From Candidatus Methanomethylophilaceae archaeon (GTDB lineage Archaea; Thermoplasmatota; Thermoplasmata; Methanomassiliicoccales; Methanomethylophilaceae): a stretch of 64,000 nt of DNA. Made by a program: the position numbers and the translations under genes. The stretch covers positions 9,154 to 73,153 of the forward strand of contig CALUHQ010000072.1 in NCBI GenBank assembly GCA_944320485.1, written 5' to 3'. Below, in pieces: positions 40,592-50,937 of the stretch. The notes under the pieces are model-generated. The model saw only the letters and a program-made list of their open reading frames with translations, ran no database searches and was not told the origin of the DNA. The stretch's first letter is position 1. Each line of letters starts with the position of its first letter.

Positions 40592-43500
40592 ATGAAATCC
40601 GTATCGATATCAAATGACAGGACATCAGACTTACGCAGGACCGTCGGACTCATCCTAGTCGTCCTTACCGTGATATCCGTGATGACCCTGGCCGTGATGC
40701 CGGCATCCGATGCTGCCGACACGTCCGGGACCACCGGGGATGCCACGTGGACGCTCACCCAGAATGAGGACACGGACACCTACACCCTGACCATCTCCGG
40801 AAAGGGGGAGATGGCAGACTACCACTACACAGACCCGGACTACGAGGACGACCTGCCCCCGTGGCAGGGATACTCATCCAAAATCACTAACATCGTGCTC
40901 TCCGATGGGCTCACCCGCATAGGCTCCTATGCGTTCTACGGCACCGCCATCACCGGAATCGACATACCTGATACCGTCAGGTACATCGGTGCGAGCGCAT
41001 TCTGGTTCACCTCGCTCGAATCGGTCACCATACCCTCCTCAGTGTTGGACATCGAGAGGAATGCGTTCGGCACATGCAGGGCCTTGACCGATATTACCTT
41101 CGGGGATTCCGCCAAGGTCAGGTCCATCGGCGCATCCGCTTTCGAGGGTACCGCCATCGAGTCCCTGGACTTGAGCGGGCTCTCCTCTCTCACCGAGATC
41201 GGTGATGGAGCATTCCAGAGGAACGCTTCGCTCGAATCGGTATCCATCCCCGCGAAGGTGGAGACCGTCGGCTTCGAGGCCTTCAACTCATGCTCCTCGC
41301 TGAGCACTATAACTGTTCCAGAGGGTTCGATGCTCGTTTCCCTGGGCGAGAAGGCGTTCAACGATACCGCGCTCACCTCCGTGGACCTCTCGAACGCCAC
41401 CAGGCTTTCCTCAATCGGCGAATCCGCCTTCGGTTCCTGCGAGTCGCTCACCTCCGTGACTCTCGCCGACAACTTCGGCGGAGATGCCACAGGTGCGTTC
41501 ACGGGAAGCACATCCCTGACATCCGTCACCGTCGGAAGCTCGAGCGTCAGCATCGACGGCAACGGTGGTTTCACCATCCCTGTCGCATCCATCGGCGACA
41601 TCGGATACGCCTCCCTCCTCGAGGCCGTGAACGCGGCCACGGAAGGTCAGACGATAACCATCACAAAGGGCGACGTCTACGAAGCGGGCAAGGTCGTCGT
41701 CGAGGGCAAGAGCATCACCATCGACCTCAACGGTAAGACCTTCACGAGCATCGAGAGCATCACCGTCAGCAAAGAAGCCACCCTGAGCATCAGAGATTCC
41801 GTCGGCAACGGGAACCTCATCGGAGAGAGCAGCCCTCTGATCCAGGTCAACGGAACGTTCAACCTCGAGAGCGGATTGCTCACAGGGGAGAACTCCAGGA
41901 CGATGGTAATCTCGGGTACTTTCAACATGTCCGGCGGCACCGTCTCGTGCGAAAAGAACTACGCCGTCTATGCTTCAGGCGGAATCATCAACATCAAGGC
42001 CGGTACCGTCGGTCCCAGCAGCTCCTATTCCGTATACGCTGCCAAATCGACAATTCTCACAATCGGTGAGACCGACACCGCCGGACCCACCATCATGAAT
42101 CTGTATCCAAACAACGCGAACGTGTACATGTACAGCGGATCCATCGAGAAGGTCAGCAGCAATTTCGGTTCCGAATCCACGTTCAAATGCACATTCGGTT
42201 CCGACGTCTCCCAGTACCTTCCCAGTGGATACATGTGCATCGAGTCTGAAGACGGTTTCAAGGTCGTGACACTAACCGAGGACAAAGCCGTCGCCAAGAT
42301 CGGGGATGTCCTATATGCCTCACTGGTGAAGGCTGCCTCCGAGATGACGGACGGGCAGACCCTCACCCTACTGGAGGACTACGTCGGATCCAGCCCGGTA
42401 AAAGTCAACATTTTCTACGGCACAATCGACCTCAACGGATTCGACATCACCTGCACCAAGACGGGAACTTCCGGATACGGGATCAATGTGGCCAAGGGCT
42501 CGGATTACGATGCTTCCCAACCCAACACCATCGTGATCACATCGGACTCCCCCGCGACCGTGAAGGCCAGCTATCCCGTGACCATAAGCAGCGGGAACAG
42601 CAGGAACTCGGTGTTCATCCAGGTCGAGGGCGCTGTCACCCTGGAATCCACCGAGAACAGGGATCTCATAAAACTCGGGACGGGCGCCTCCGCCATCTTC
42701 ACCGATAACATCAAGGAATGCTTCGTGAACGGAGGGTTCGTATCCACGACGGGCGGAGTCCAGTACGTTTACGGAACTGCAGCCACCGCCCTCCTCAGGA
42801 GCGACGACGGCTCCGCCGAGATGCTGAACGACTTTGTCGGGTCCATCACCATCGGCACAGCCGGTGACTACATCCTGGACCTAGGCGGACACACTGTGAC
42901 ATACAACGGCAACCCGAGTACAGATTCGCTAGATGCTGCTGTCACCATATACGGTAACACGACCATTACCATAAAGAACGGGTCCATCGTGAGTAAGGCC
43001 TCGGGAATCGCCCCGGGACTGGTGAACAGCGGAGGTCCGGAGAACAACGTCTCGCTGACACTGGACGATGTTGACCTGAAGGCCGATCTCATGTACGCGA
43101 TATACAGCAACGGTACATGCGAGAACATCGAGGTCAATGTCGTCAACGGCTCCAATGTCGAATGCACGTCCGAGACCGGCGTCGGGATATACTTCCCGGC
43201 TGACGGGTCCCTCACCATCACCGACTCTACAGTGAAGGGCGCCACCGGCGTGGAGGTCCGCAAGGGATCCCTTGAGATTTCAGGGGACAGCACCCGCATC
43301 GAGGCCACAGCCGAGACATTCACGGTGAATCCGACCCCGGACGGAGGCGGTTCCACCGTCGTCGGCGCCGCCGTCGCCATCTCGCCTTACGACGGGCTGC
43401 AGACCATGAAGGCGGAGATCACCGGAGGTACCTTCACGGGAGCCGTCGCATTCGCCCAGGCCCATGCCGACGATGCGTCCACCATGCCTACGTTCGACTT

Positions 43501-44998
43501 CTCCATATCCGGCGGAACGTTCACATCCACAGGCACCGACCCTGCCACCCAGCAGGCCTACCCCGCCATCGTCACCGAGGAGGGCGAGGTGACCGAGAAG
43601 TTCGTCACCGGCGGTTCCTTCTCCAGCGATGTCACCGACTACATACCAGACGGCATGCAGACCGAGACCGACCCCGACACGGGGGAGGTCACCGTCAGAC
43701 CGCCCGTGTACTTCGACAGAGAGGATATAGTCGTCCTGACCACCACCTACGTCCTCGAGCCAATACTCGCTCAGGGCACCACCGTTACAGGATACACCTC
43801 CGACAACTCGGCATTCAGCGTCAGTGATGACGGCACCGTGACAATCACGCCCGGTACCAAGGCCATCACCTCGACCATCACCGTGACCGCCACCTACGGC
43901 GGCGTTGTGTACACCGCTACGGTCAATCTCAGATACGATGTGGGCGTCACCGTCACCACCGAGGAGACGGGAGTGACCCTCGTGGCAAGCGGAATCGATG
44001 AGAGCGACCTCTCCGAGACGCACGCCTCGCTGCTCGGCGGCATAAAGTACCCGGACGACTACCCCGAAACCGGTGCCCAGAGACTGTACATGGACGTCAG
44101 CAGGCTCGACGGCCTGAAGGACGGACTCACATTCAGGTTCAACACCGACACCTCGGCCCTGTCCGGGTTAGGGATCTTCGTCGTCCACTTCGGCGAGTCG
44201 TCCCTCGATTACCCCGAGTTCACCGTCCATGACGGCTACATAGAGATCGAGGCCACATCCTTCAGCCCGTTCCTCATAATCGCCTACACGCCCGAGGGTG
44301 GCTCCGAGCCCGAGCCGGAACCCGAACCCGACACCTACACGGTAACCTTCAGGAGCGAGGGGTCCGACGACGTCGTCGAGGAATACAAGGCGGGCACGAC
44401 CGTCCATGAGTCCGACTTCCCGACTTTCGTGAGGGAGGGCTACCAGCTCAGCGGATGGAAGTATGAGAACGGCGAACCCTGCGGAAGCGAGGTCAAGGTC
44501 GACGGCGACATCGTGCTTATCGCCCAATGGGTGAAGCAGTACGGTCTCTCGTACTCCATCGACGGCCAGCTCCACGAGGGAGGCTCCGTGGATGTGACCC
44601 TGACCGCGGGATACCCCGCGGCCGAGGGGATCACATTCGGGTTCACCTACAACGGTGTGGATTCGGACATGGAGATAACCGAATCCAACGTCGCGACCTT
44701 CACCATCACGACCCCCGGGACCTATGGTTTCGGCTTCGTCGCCATGGACAGTGCCGGGAACTATGTGGCCATGGGCATTGTCGAGGACGTGGTGATATCC
44801 TATTCCTCGGAGCCCGAGCCCGGACCCGACACCCCCGTCATCATTCCCGATGACGACGACTATGTACCGCTCCCGCCCACCGTCATCGTCCAGGACGATG
44901 GGGACAACGACATGACGGGCGTGGCAGCATGTGCCGCGGCGGCCGTGGCGGCGGCAATCATCGCCGCGTTCCTCATAATGGAGTACAGGAAGGACTGA
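40592..44998 (+). CDS. Adhesin-like surface protein with BspA-type LRRs, beta-helix-like region, InlB-B-like repeat and C-terminal TM
   Basis: Signal peptide ...MPASDAA; IGSYAFYGTAITGIDIPDTVRYIGASAF LRR_5 repeats; EPEPEPEPD linker; TM plus YRKD. Confidence 0.9.
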   Translation: MKSVSISNDRTSDLRRTVGLILVVLTVISVMTLAVMPASDAADTSGTTGDATWTLTQNEDTDTYTLTISGKGEMADYHYTDPDYEDDLPPWQGYSSKITNIVLSDGLTRIGSYAFYGTAITGIDIPDTVRYIGASAFWFTSLESVTIPSSVLDIERNAFGTCRALTDITFGDSAKVRSIGASAFEGTAIESLDLSGLSSLTEIGDGAFQRNASLESVSIPAKVETVGFEAFNSCSSLSTITVPEGSMLVSLGEKAFNDTALTSVDLSNATRLSSIGESAFGSCESLTSVTLADNFGGDATGAFTGSTSLTSVTVGSSSVSIDGNGGFTIPVASIGDIGYASLLEAVNAATEGQTITITKGDVYEAGKVVVEGKSITIDLNGKTFTSIESITVSKEATLSIRDSVGNGNLIGESSPLIQVNGTFNLESGLLTGENSRTMVISGTFNMSGGTVSCEKNYAVYASGGIINIKAGTVGPSSSYSVYAAKSTILTIGETDTAGPTIMNLYPNNANVYMYSGSIEKVSSNFGSESTFKCTFGSDVSQYLPSGYMCIESEDGFKVVTLTEDKAVAKIGDVLYASLVKAASEMTDGQTLTLLEDYVGSSPVKVNIFYGTIDLNGFDITCTKTGTSGYGINVAKGSDYDASQPNTIVITSDSPATVKASYPVTISSGNSRNSVFIQVEGAVTLESTENRDLIKLGTGASAIFTDNIKECFVNGGFVSTTGGVQYVYGTAATALLRSDDGSAEMLNDFVGSITIGTAGDYILDLGGHTVTYNGNPSTDSLDAAVTIYGNTTITIKNGSIVSKASGIAPGLVNSGGPENNVSLTLDDVDLKADLMYAIYSNGTCENIEVNVVNGSNVECTSETGVGIYFPADGSLTITDSTVKGATGVEVRKGSLEISGDSTRIEATAETFTVNPTPDGGGSTVVGAAVAISPYDGLQTMKAEITGGTFTGAVAFAQAHADDASTMPTFDFSISGGTFTSTGTDPATQQAYPAIVTEEGEVTEKFVTGGSFSSDVTDYIPDGMQTETDPDTGEVTVRPPVYFDREDIVVLTTTYVLEPILAQGTTVTGYTSDNSAFSVSDDGTVTITPGTKAITSTITVTATYGGVVYTATVNLRYDVGVTVTTEETGVTLVASGIDESDLSETHASLLGGIKYPDDYPETGAQRLYMDVSRLDGLKDGLTFRFNTDTSALSGLGIFVVHFGESSLDYPEFTVHDGYIEIEATSFSPFLIIAYTPEGGSEPEPEPEPDTYTVTFRSEGSDDVVEEYKAGTTVHESDFPTFVREGYQLSGWKYENGEPCGSEVKVDGDIVLIAQWVKQYGLSYSIDGQLHEGGSVDVTLTAGYPAAEGITFGFTYNGVDSDMEITESNVATFTITTPGTYGFGFVAMDSAGNYVAMGIVEDVVISYSSEPEPGPDTPVIIPDDDDYVPLPPTVIVQDDGDNDMTGVAACAAAAVAAAIIAAFLIMEYRKD

Positions 44999-45174
44999 TC
45001 CCGGAAGGGACCAATATTACCGTTCCAAACCGCTTACCCCGGCACGGGGGTTCGTACCGTGCCATCAATGTGCAACTTCTATCAAAACATCATGATGAAC
45101 AGGTGGCATGATCCTCAATCATATCACTACGATTCTCCCCATACCAGGAAATACGACGAACCCGATGGACACAC

Positions 45175-46587
45175 GTGCTCGAAGCTATCCTGGACAACAT
45201 CGTCCCGCTGATCTACCTGTTCGACCTGGTCCTGCTGATCTCGATGCTTTTCCTCGAGCGCAGCGACCCGTCCAAGACGCTGCTGTGGGTGGTCATACTC
45301 CTCATCATCCCGGTTTTCGGCTTCGTGCTGTACCTGTTCTTCGGACAGACCTTCTACCCCAGGCACGCATTCAAGTCGCTGGAGGGCTCCCGCATCCCAG
45401 ACGAGTACGCCGAGGGATCCTGCTCGGATCTACCAGAAAGATACTCCTAGATGGCCGACGCCCTCTCCCGTGCCGGTGCAGGACGCGTCACCTCCGACAA
45501 CGACGTGCGTCTTTTCACGGACGGCAACGGGAAGTTCGAGGCGCTAAAGGAGGACATCCGCAACGCCAGGGAGTTCGTGCACCTGGAGTACTACATCATC
45601 CGCAGGGACCCGCTAGGCGACGAGATCGTCTCCCTCCTGACGCAGAAGGCTTCGGAGGGCGTGGAGGTCAGGCTCATGGTGGACGCCCTGGGATTCAACA
45701 CCGGCGCATCCGGAAGGAAGGCGCTGAAGAGGGCCGGCGGGAAGGTCGCCGTGTTCCACTCCGCCGCCACCTGCCTGCTGAGCCCCAAGAAGAACAACAG
45801 GAACCACAGGAAGGTCGCCGTCATCGACGGGAGGGTGTCGTACATCGGCGGGTTCAACATCGGCGTCGAGTACCTGGGCCAAGGAGAGCTCGGCCATTGG
45901 AGGGACACCGCCGTCCGCATCGAGGGGTCCGCCACCAACTCGCTGAGCTTCAGGTTCTCCTCCGACTGGAGGTACGCCTGCGGGGAGGACCTGACCGGTG
46001 ACCCCAGGTACTACCTCAAGGGATGCGGCGTCGGGAGGACACCGGTCCAGGCCGTCATGGGAGGACCGGACGTGGGCAGGGACAACCCAATCGCCTTCCA
46101 GTACCTGATGATGGTCGAGAACGCGGAGAGGACGCTGTATATCCACACCCCCTACTTCGACCCGAACCAGGCCTGCCTCATGGCCCTCAGGTCCGCCGCG
46201 ATGAGAGGGGTCGACGTCAGGGTGATCATACCCGACGTCGGAGACCACCCGTTCGTCTACTGGTCCAACAGGAAGTACGCCTACGAGGCAATGCGCAGCG
46301 GCGTGAGGGTCTACGAGTACCACAACGGGTTCGTCCACTCCAAGTCCATCGTGGCCGACGGGAGGCTGTGCTCCGTCGGGTCGGCGAACTTCGACGACCG
46401 CAGCATGTCCCTGAACTTCGAGGGGAACGTCATGGTCTACTCCGAGGAGCTGGGTGCGGAGATGGAGGCTGCATTCCTCAAGGACCTGGAGCGGTGCACG
46501 GAGTACACGATCGGGATGTACTCGTCCCGCACGCTGTCTCAGAAGGTCAGGACCGGGGTGTCATGGATGCTGTCTGGACAGCTGTGA
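45175..46587 (+). CDS. cls: Cardiolipin synthase with an in-frame TAG at 45448-45450 (probable pyrrolysine readthrough)
   Basis: PLDc_N membrane domain (DPSKTLLWVVILLIIPVFGFVLYLFFG), then TAG, then same-frame catalytic domain with two HKD motifs (NHRKVAVID, HSKSIVAD). Confidence 0.88.
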
Positions 46588-46621
46588 TGGACCGCTCAGA
46601 TGCATGATTGTTAAAAAGGAG

Positions 46622-46698
46622 TGGTGGACGAGGCGAGATTCGAACTCGCGACTTCTGCCTTGCGAAGGCAGCGATCTACCGGGCTGATCTACTCGCCC
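46622..46698 (-). tRNA. tRNA-Ala(CGC)
   Basis: GGGCGAG/CTCGTCC acceptor with G3:U70, CTGCC-TTCGCAA-GGCAG anticodon arm, GTTCGAATC T-arm, encoded CCA; TTTATATC upstream. Confidence 0.97.
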
Positions 46699-46803
46699 AT
46701 TTGTTCCGGTGGACCACCCTAACCCGAACCTGGATATAAACTTTGGTTCACTCGGATCCCGCATGGCCAATCACCTTAAACCGCAGCAAGCGGTTCGGTG
46801 TTC

Positions 46804-47199
46804 ATGAAGCTCCGGAACCAGTCCAGCGGAGGGAACCCCAGGCCCATGGAGGTGTGGAACGCCAACGTCTACTTCGACGACGGCTCCGGCGCGAAGAACC
46901 GCCCCGTGATCGTCCTTGAGAAGAGGGGCGAGGAGTTCACCGTATACATGGTGACATCGCACAGCCACCGTCCGGACACGGACATCAGGCTCATGGACCC
47001 GTACGAGGTCATGCTCGACGCGTCATCCCATGTGCGCACCGACCGTCCCTTCAAGATCCCCGCATCCAAGTTCAACTACAAGCTGGGGGAGCTCGGATAC
47101 GACGATTCCGAGATGGTTAAGGCGATCTTCGAGAGCAGGACCAAGGGCACCCGCATGTACCGCCGCGGGAGCTACCGAGGTGACGGATGGACCGCATAG
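46804..47199 (+). CDS. PemK/MazF-like protein
   Basis: EVWNANVYFDDGSGAKNRPVIVL...VTS...KLGEL. Confidence 0.75.
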   Translation: MKLRNQSSGGNPRPMEVWNANVYFDDGSGAKNRPVIVLEKRGEEFTVYMVTSHSHRPDTDIRLMDPYEVMLDASSHVRTDRPFKIPASKFNYKLGELGYDDSEMVKAIFESRTKGTRMYRRGSYRGDGWTA

Positions 47200-48464
47200 A
47201 GACCGCCAGGGACATCGTTTCATCCTCCACCAGCAGGCTCTGCCTGGACATGCGCTTCCTCACAAGGGCGGTGCTGTCGCTCAAGACAACGGTCGTCGAG
47301 GGGGAGGGGATGCCCGGTTGCGACGGCTCCACGGTGGCCTTCCATGCCGAGACCGTCCTGAGATCGTTCAGGGAGGACCCCAACTCCGTCACACGCGACC
47401 TCGCCCACTGCATGCTGCACCGCATCCTCGGCCACGACTCACCGGACAACTGCCCTTCGTCGGACCTGGCTGAGGACATGCTTGTGGAGTACGTCCTCGA
47501 CTGCCTGGACACACCGCACACGTCCGTACCCGGCAGGGAGGACAGGATGTTCGTCTGCGAGAGGCTGTTCGCCAAGGCCGGCGCCCCGGCGGTCGACCTG
47601 CTGTCCGCGACGGTCGAAGGGACCTCCAAGTGGCAGCTGGACCTCCACAGGAGGATGTTCGTCCGCGACGACCACTCCGTCCGCCGTCCCGTCGACGTGG
47701 CGCTGTGGTCGGAGCTGTCCCAGCAGGTGATGGCGGAGGTGGAGGGGTTCGTCAGGGACGACGACGGCAGGACATCGGCCCTGATGCGGATACTCAGGAT
47801 CCGCAACCGCAGGAGGTACGACTACCGCTCGTTCCTGCGGAAGTTCATGACCCGCCGCACCACCGTCAGGGAGAGCCAGACGGAGTTCGACCCCATCTTC
47901 TACACCTACGGCCTCTCACGCTACGGCAACCTGCCGCTGATCGACTCGTTGGAGCAGTCCGACTCCGGCACGGTCGACGAGTTCGTCATCGCCGTGGACA
48001 CCTCCGGCTCCACCATGAGGGGGCCGGTGGTCAGGTTCCTGGAGGAGGCATTCGACGTCTTCAGGCAGACCGGGGTCGGCAGGGACTCGAACCTCCATGT
48101 GATCCAGTGCGACGACATGGTCAGGTCCGACGACGTGGTGAGAAGCGAGGGGGACCTGCGCAGGCTGGTGTCCGGGTTCGAACTGAAAGGCGGCGGCGGT
48201 ACCGATTTCAGGCCTGTTTTCGACTACGTGGACAGGCTGATCGACGAGGGAGGGTTCAGGAACCTCAGGGGACTGATGTACTTCACCGACGGCTACGGCA
48301 CATATCCTTCAAGACGTCCCGCGTACGACGTTGCATTCGTGTTCTGCGACGACAGATACGCTGAGCACGACGTGCCCCCGTGGGCCATGAGAATCGTCGT
48401 CAGGACCGAGGACCTGATGCAGGGCGGTGAGGGATCGGGATCCGCTGAACAGGACGTCCCGTGA
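47187..48464 (+). CDS. DUF2201-type metallopeptidase-like plus vWA protein
   Basis: HCMLH; MIDAS VDTSGS; GGGGTDFRPVF; YFTDGYG. Confidence 0.88.
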   Translation: MDRIETARDIVSSSTSRLCLDMRFLTRAVLSLKTTVVEGEGMPGCDGSTVAFHAETVLRSFREDPNSVTRDLAHCMLHRILGHDSPDNCPSSDLAEDMLVEYVLDCLDTPHTSVPGREDRMFVCERLFAKAGAPAVDLLSATVEGTSKWQLDLHRRMFVRDDHSVRRPVDVALWSELSQQVMAEVEGFVRDDDGRTSALMRILRIRNRRRYDYRSFLRKFMTRRTTVRESQTEFDPIFYTYGLSRYGNLPLIDSLEQSDSGTVDEFVIAVDTSGSTMRGPVVRFLEEAFDVFRQTGVGRDSNLHVIQCDDMVRSDDVVRSEGDLRRLVSGFELKGGGGTDFRPVFDYVDRLIDEGGFRNLRGLMYFTDGYGTYPSRRPAYDVAFVFCDDRYAEHDVPPWAMRIVVRTEDLMQGGEGSGSAEQDVP

Positions 48465-48538
48465 GATCCGAAGTGCCGGCACGATTGGGAAGAAGAACGC
48501 CGGCGACCGCCGGCGCAAATGGTTTACTCGATCGGTCT

Positions 48539-50435
48539 TCAGCGATCCCTTCTGATGACGAAGATCGCCACGACGATCACGACGATCACTATGACGATGA
48601 CCGCGGCATAGAGGCCCGTGTTGTCATCGCCGCCGTCGGATGTCCCACCGGGTTCCCCTTCGTTGTCGACGTTCACCTCTATCTCGAGTTCGGTTTCACA
48701 CATCGAATATGTGGTGTTGCCGGTGGTGTTCTCGGAATAGCTCAGGTAGAGATTGATCACACCCTGCTCCTGGCACGAGTATGTGAAGGAGCATGAGCCG
48801 CCCACAAGCGGCGCATCCTCGGAGTAGGAATCCGTCTCCAGCGTGACGCTTCCCGATGGAATCGGATCGCCCAAGGCATCGGTGACCATCACCCTTATGA
48901 CGGCCTCGTCCCCGACGAGGTACGCCCAGCGTTCGATGTCGACCTCCATACTCGTATGTATCACACGCTTGACGTTCTCAGCGAGTATTCCGTCATCGAC
49001 GGAGCCGCCGTCGAAAACGACGGAGGCCGTCCCGTCCGAGGTTATCCTGCCGCCGGTTCCGGTGACCGCCACTCCTTCGACGAGGATGAGGCTCTGCCCA
49101 TCACCGAGGGTCAGCGTGTCCCCTCCGATATCGAAACCGGCGGTTGGCGTGACGGACTCGCCGTACATCCTCCCGGTCCCGGATTGGAATACTATCCGCC
49201 TTCAGGTCAGGGGAGTCCCCGTCCAGGGCGCCTATCCTGTCGGCGAAGATCACGGCGTTGCCGTCGGCACCTGTGAAGAAGCTGCCCTCGGTGCCACCCG
49301 TGGCCCCTATGTCGGAGCCGCTGCCGTTGGTGGTCGCGATGACGACACCGCCGCTGATGGTGATCTCACCGCCACCGGCTCCGCTCCCTGCGCCTATACC
49401 GGCCGCGTGGTTGGAGTCGGCGGTGACGATGCCCCCGGTGATGACGACGGTACCATATTCTGCATCGCTGCCGGATCCTATGGCTGCGCCCGATCCGCTG
49501 GTAGCGTGGACGGTGCCTCCGCTTATGGTGACCGTGCCGGCGGCACCGAAGTTGCCCCCTCCGATGGCGGCACCGGAGGTCGACGTCGCTGTGACCTCGC
49601 CCCCGAGTATAGTGACATCGCAGACCCCTTCGTTCAGGAACCCTCCTCCTATCGCCGCGGCGGAATAGGCCTCGACGGTGATCTTCCCGCCGTAGATCGT
49701 GACGCTTCCATCTCCAGCAGCGGACCCGTGACCGTTTCCGATGGCGGCACCGTTGTTGGGGGTCCCGCTGGTCTTTGACGTGATGACACCGCCGTAGATC
49801 GTGACGTCTCCGGCACCGCCGTATCCCCCACCTATTCCGGCACCGGTCTCGGACTCCGCGTATACCGTGCCTCCGTAGATGATAACGGTGCCGTTCCCGT
49901 TGCTTCCTCCGCCGATACCTGCTCCGTACCAGGAGGAGACGGCACGGATGTCCCCTCCCTGGATAGCAATGGTACCGGAACCGTTGTCGCTGCCTCCTCC
50001 GAGGGCCGCGACACTGGTGCCCTTCTCGAGGACCATCCTCCCGCTGCCCTCGGACTGTCCGTAGACAGTTATCGAGTCGTCCTGGTTCACTGTTATATAA
50101 TCGGCCGTGAGGCTCGAACCGTCCGTCAGAATGAGGTTGACGTCGCCGTTCACGGTGACGCTGCCTCCTATGGATACGTCGCCGTCGACGACGTACCAGC
50201 TCTCCGTGGAATCGACACCCCAAGATGTGTCGGCCCCATCCACTGTAATGTAGTCCACGACGCTTTCCTCGGTCGTGGTCAATTTGCCGTCAGCATCCGC
50301 TACGTGGCAGATGTAAGGTATGCCCTGCGAACCGTCGCCGGTGTCCTGGGCATCGTATGCGTCTGCAAAGCAAACAACCCCTCCAATCAGAACGGCCGTC
50401 AGCAGCACGACGCCTGTCAATGCTGTCCTGTTCAT
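48539..50435 (-). pseudogene. Gly-rich (GAGIGGG) surface protein with a frameshift near 49197
   Basis: Signal peptide and GA[GA]IG[GNS]G repeats in 49101..50435; after AAG-GCGG the sequence IVFQSGTGRMYGESVT continues in the frame of 48539..49168, which ends in an Ig-like segment and TM-RRDR. Confidence 0.78.
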
Positions 50436-50651
50436 GTATTCGCCTCCGCATCCGTCGATAGGATGCCCGAAGAAGTATCGCCTTGGGTTAATAAAATGCA
50501 GTTATGTCCATCGTGCATCCAGGAAACGATGCAGCTGCGTCATCCCAGACGGGTTACGGATCTAACGCAATTTGCAGATAGGGTGTACCTTCAGGCGTGT
50601 TCCAAGTTGTAGTTGTCCCTGAGGGATGAATTCGAACGACAAAAACTGGGT

Positions 50652-50819
50652 TCACCCCTTCATGAACTTTCTAATCCTCTTCGAGTCATGGCAGAGCTCT
50701 ACCTTCTCGTACGGGATGTTGACCTCCCCGCGCTCGGCCCTCTCGAATGCCTTCTCCATGTTGGCTATGGCTTCGGGTGTGTCGAGTACGAGGTCCTCGT
50801 AGTAGGAACTGGTCGCCAT
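50652..50819 (-). CDS. Small hypothetical protein, antitoxin-like
   Basis: ATG with AGGTGA SD; MATSSYYEDLVLDTPEAIANMEKAF, 55 aa. Confidence 0.6.
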   Translation of the reverse strand: MATSSYYEDLVLDTPEAIANMEKAFERAERGEVNIPYEKVELCHDSKRIRKFMKG

Positions 50820-50937
50820 GTGCTCACCTGCAACCGTTTGTTGGACTCTGAAGTATTTCGGTGTTGTTCTCGAAAAGGACACTTGTCTTTGCCGGGCGGG
50901 AACCTATATCATTCCCGTCGACCATCGAACATCCGTC

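Noticed and set aside
44304-44333. (EP)n nucleotide repeat as a contingency locus
   Set aside because: Codons are degenerate and the 6-nt unit preserves frame; ordinary linker
45451-45520. PYLIS-like hairpin after the amber codons
   Set aside because: No convincing shared stem after the cls and ankyrin TAGs by eye, and such an element is not required for Pyl insertion
46622-46698. tRNA as tRNA-Pyl or as an att site of an integrated element
   Set aside because: Anticodon CGC and G3:U70 indicate Ala; no duplicated 3' end or integrase was seen
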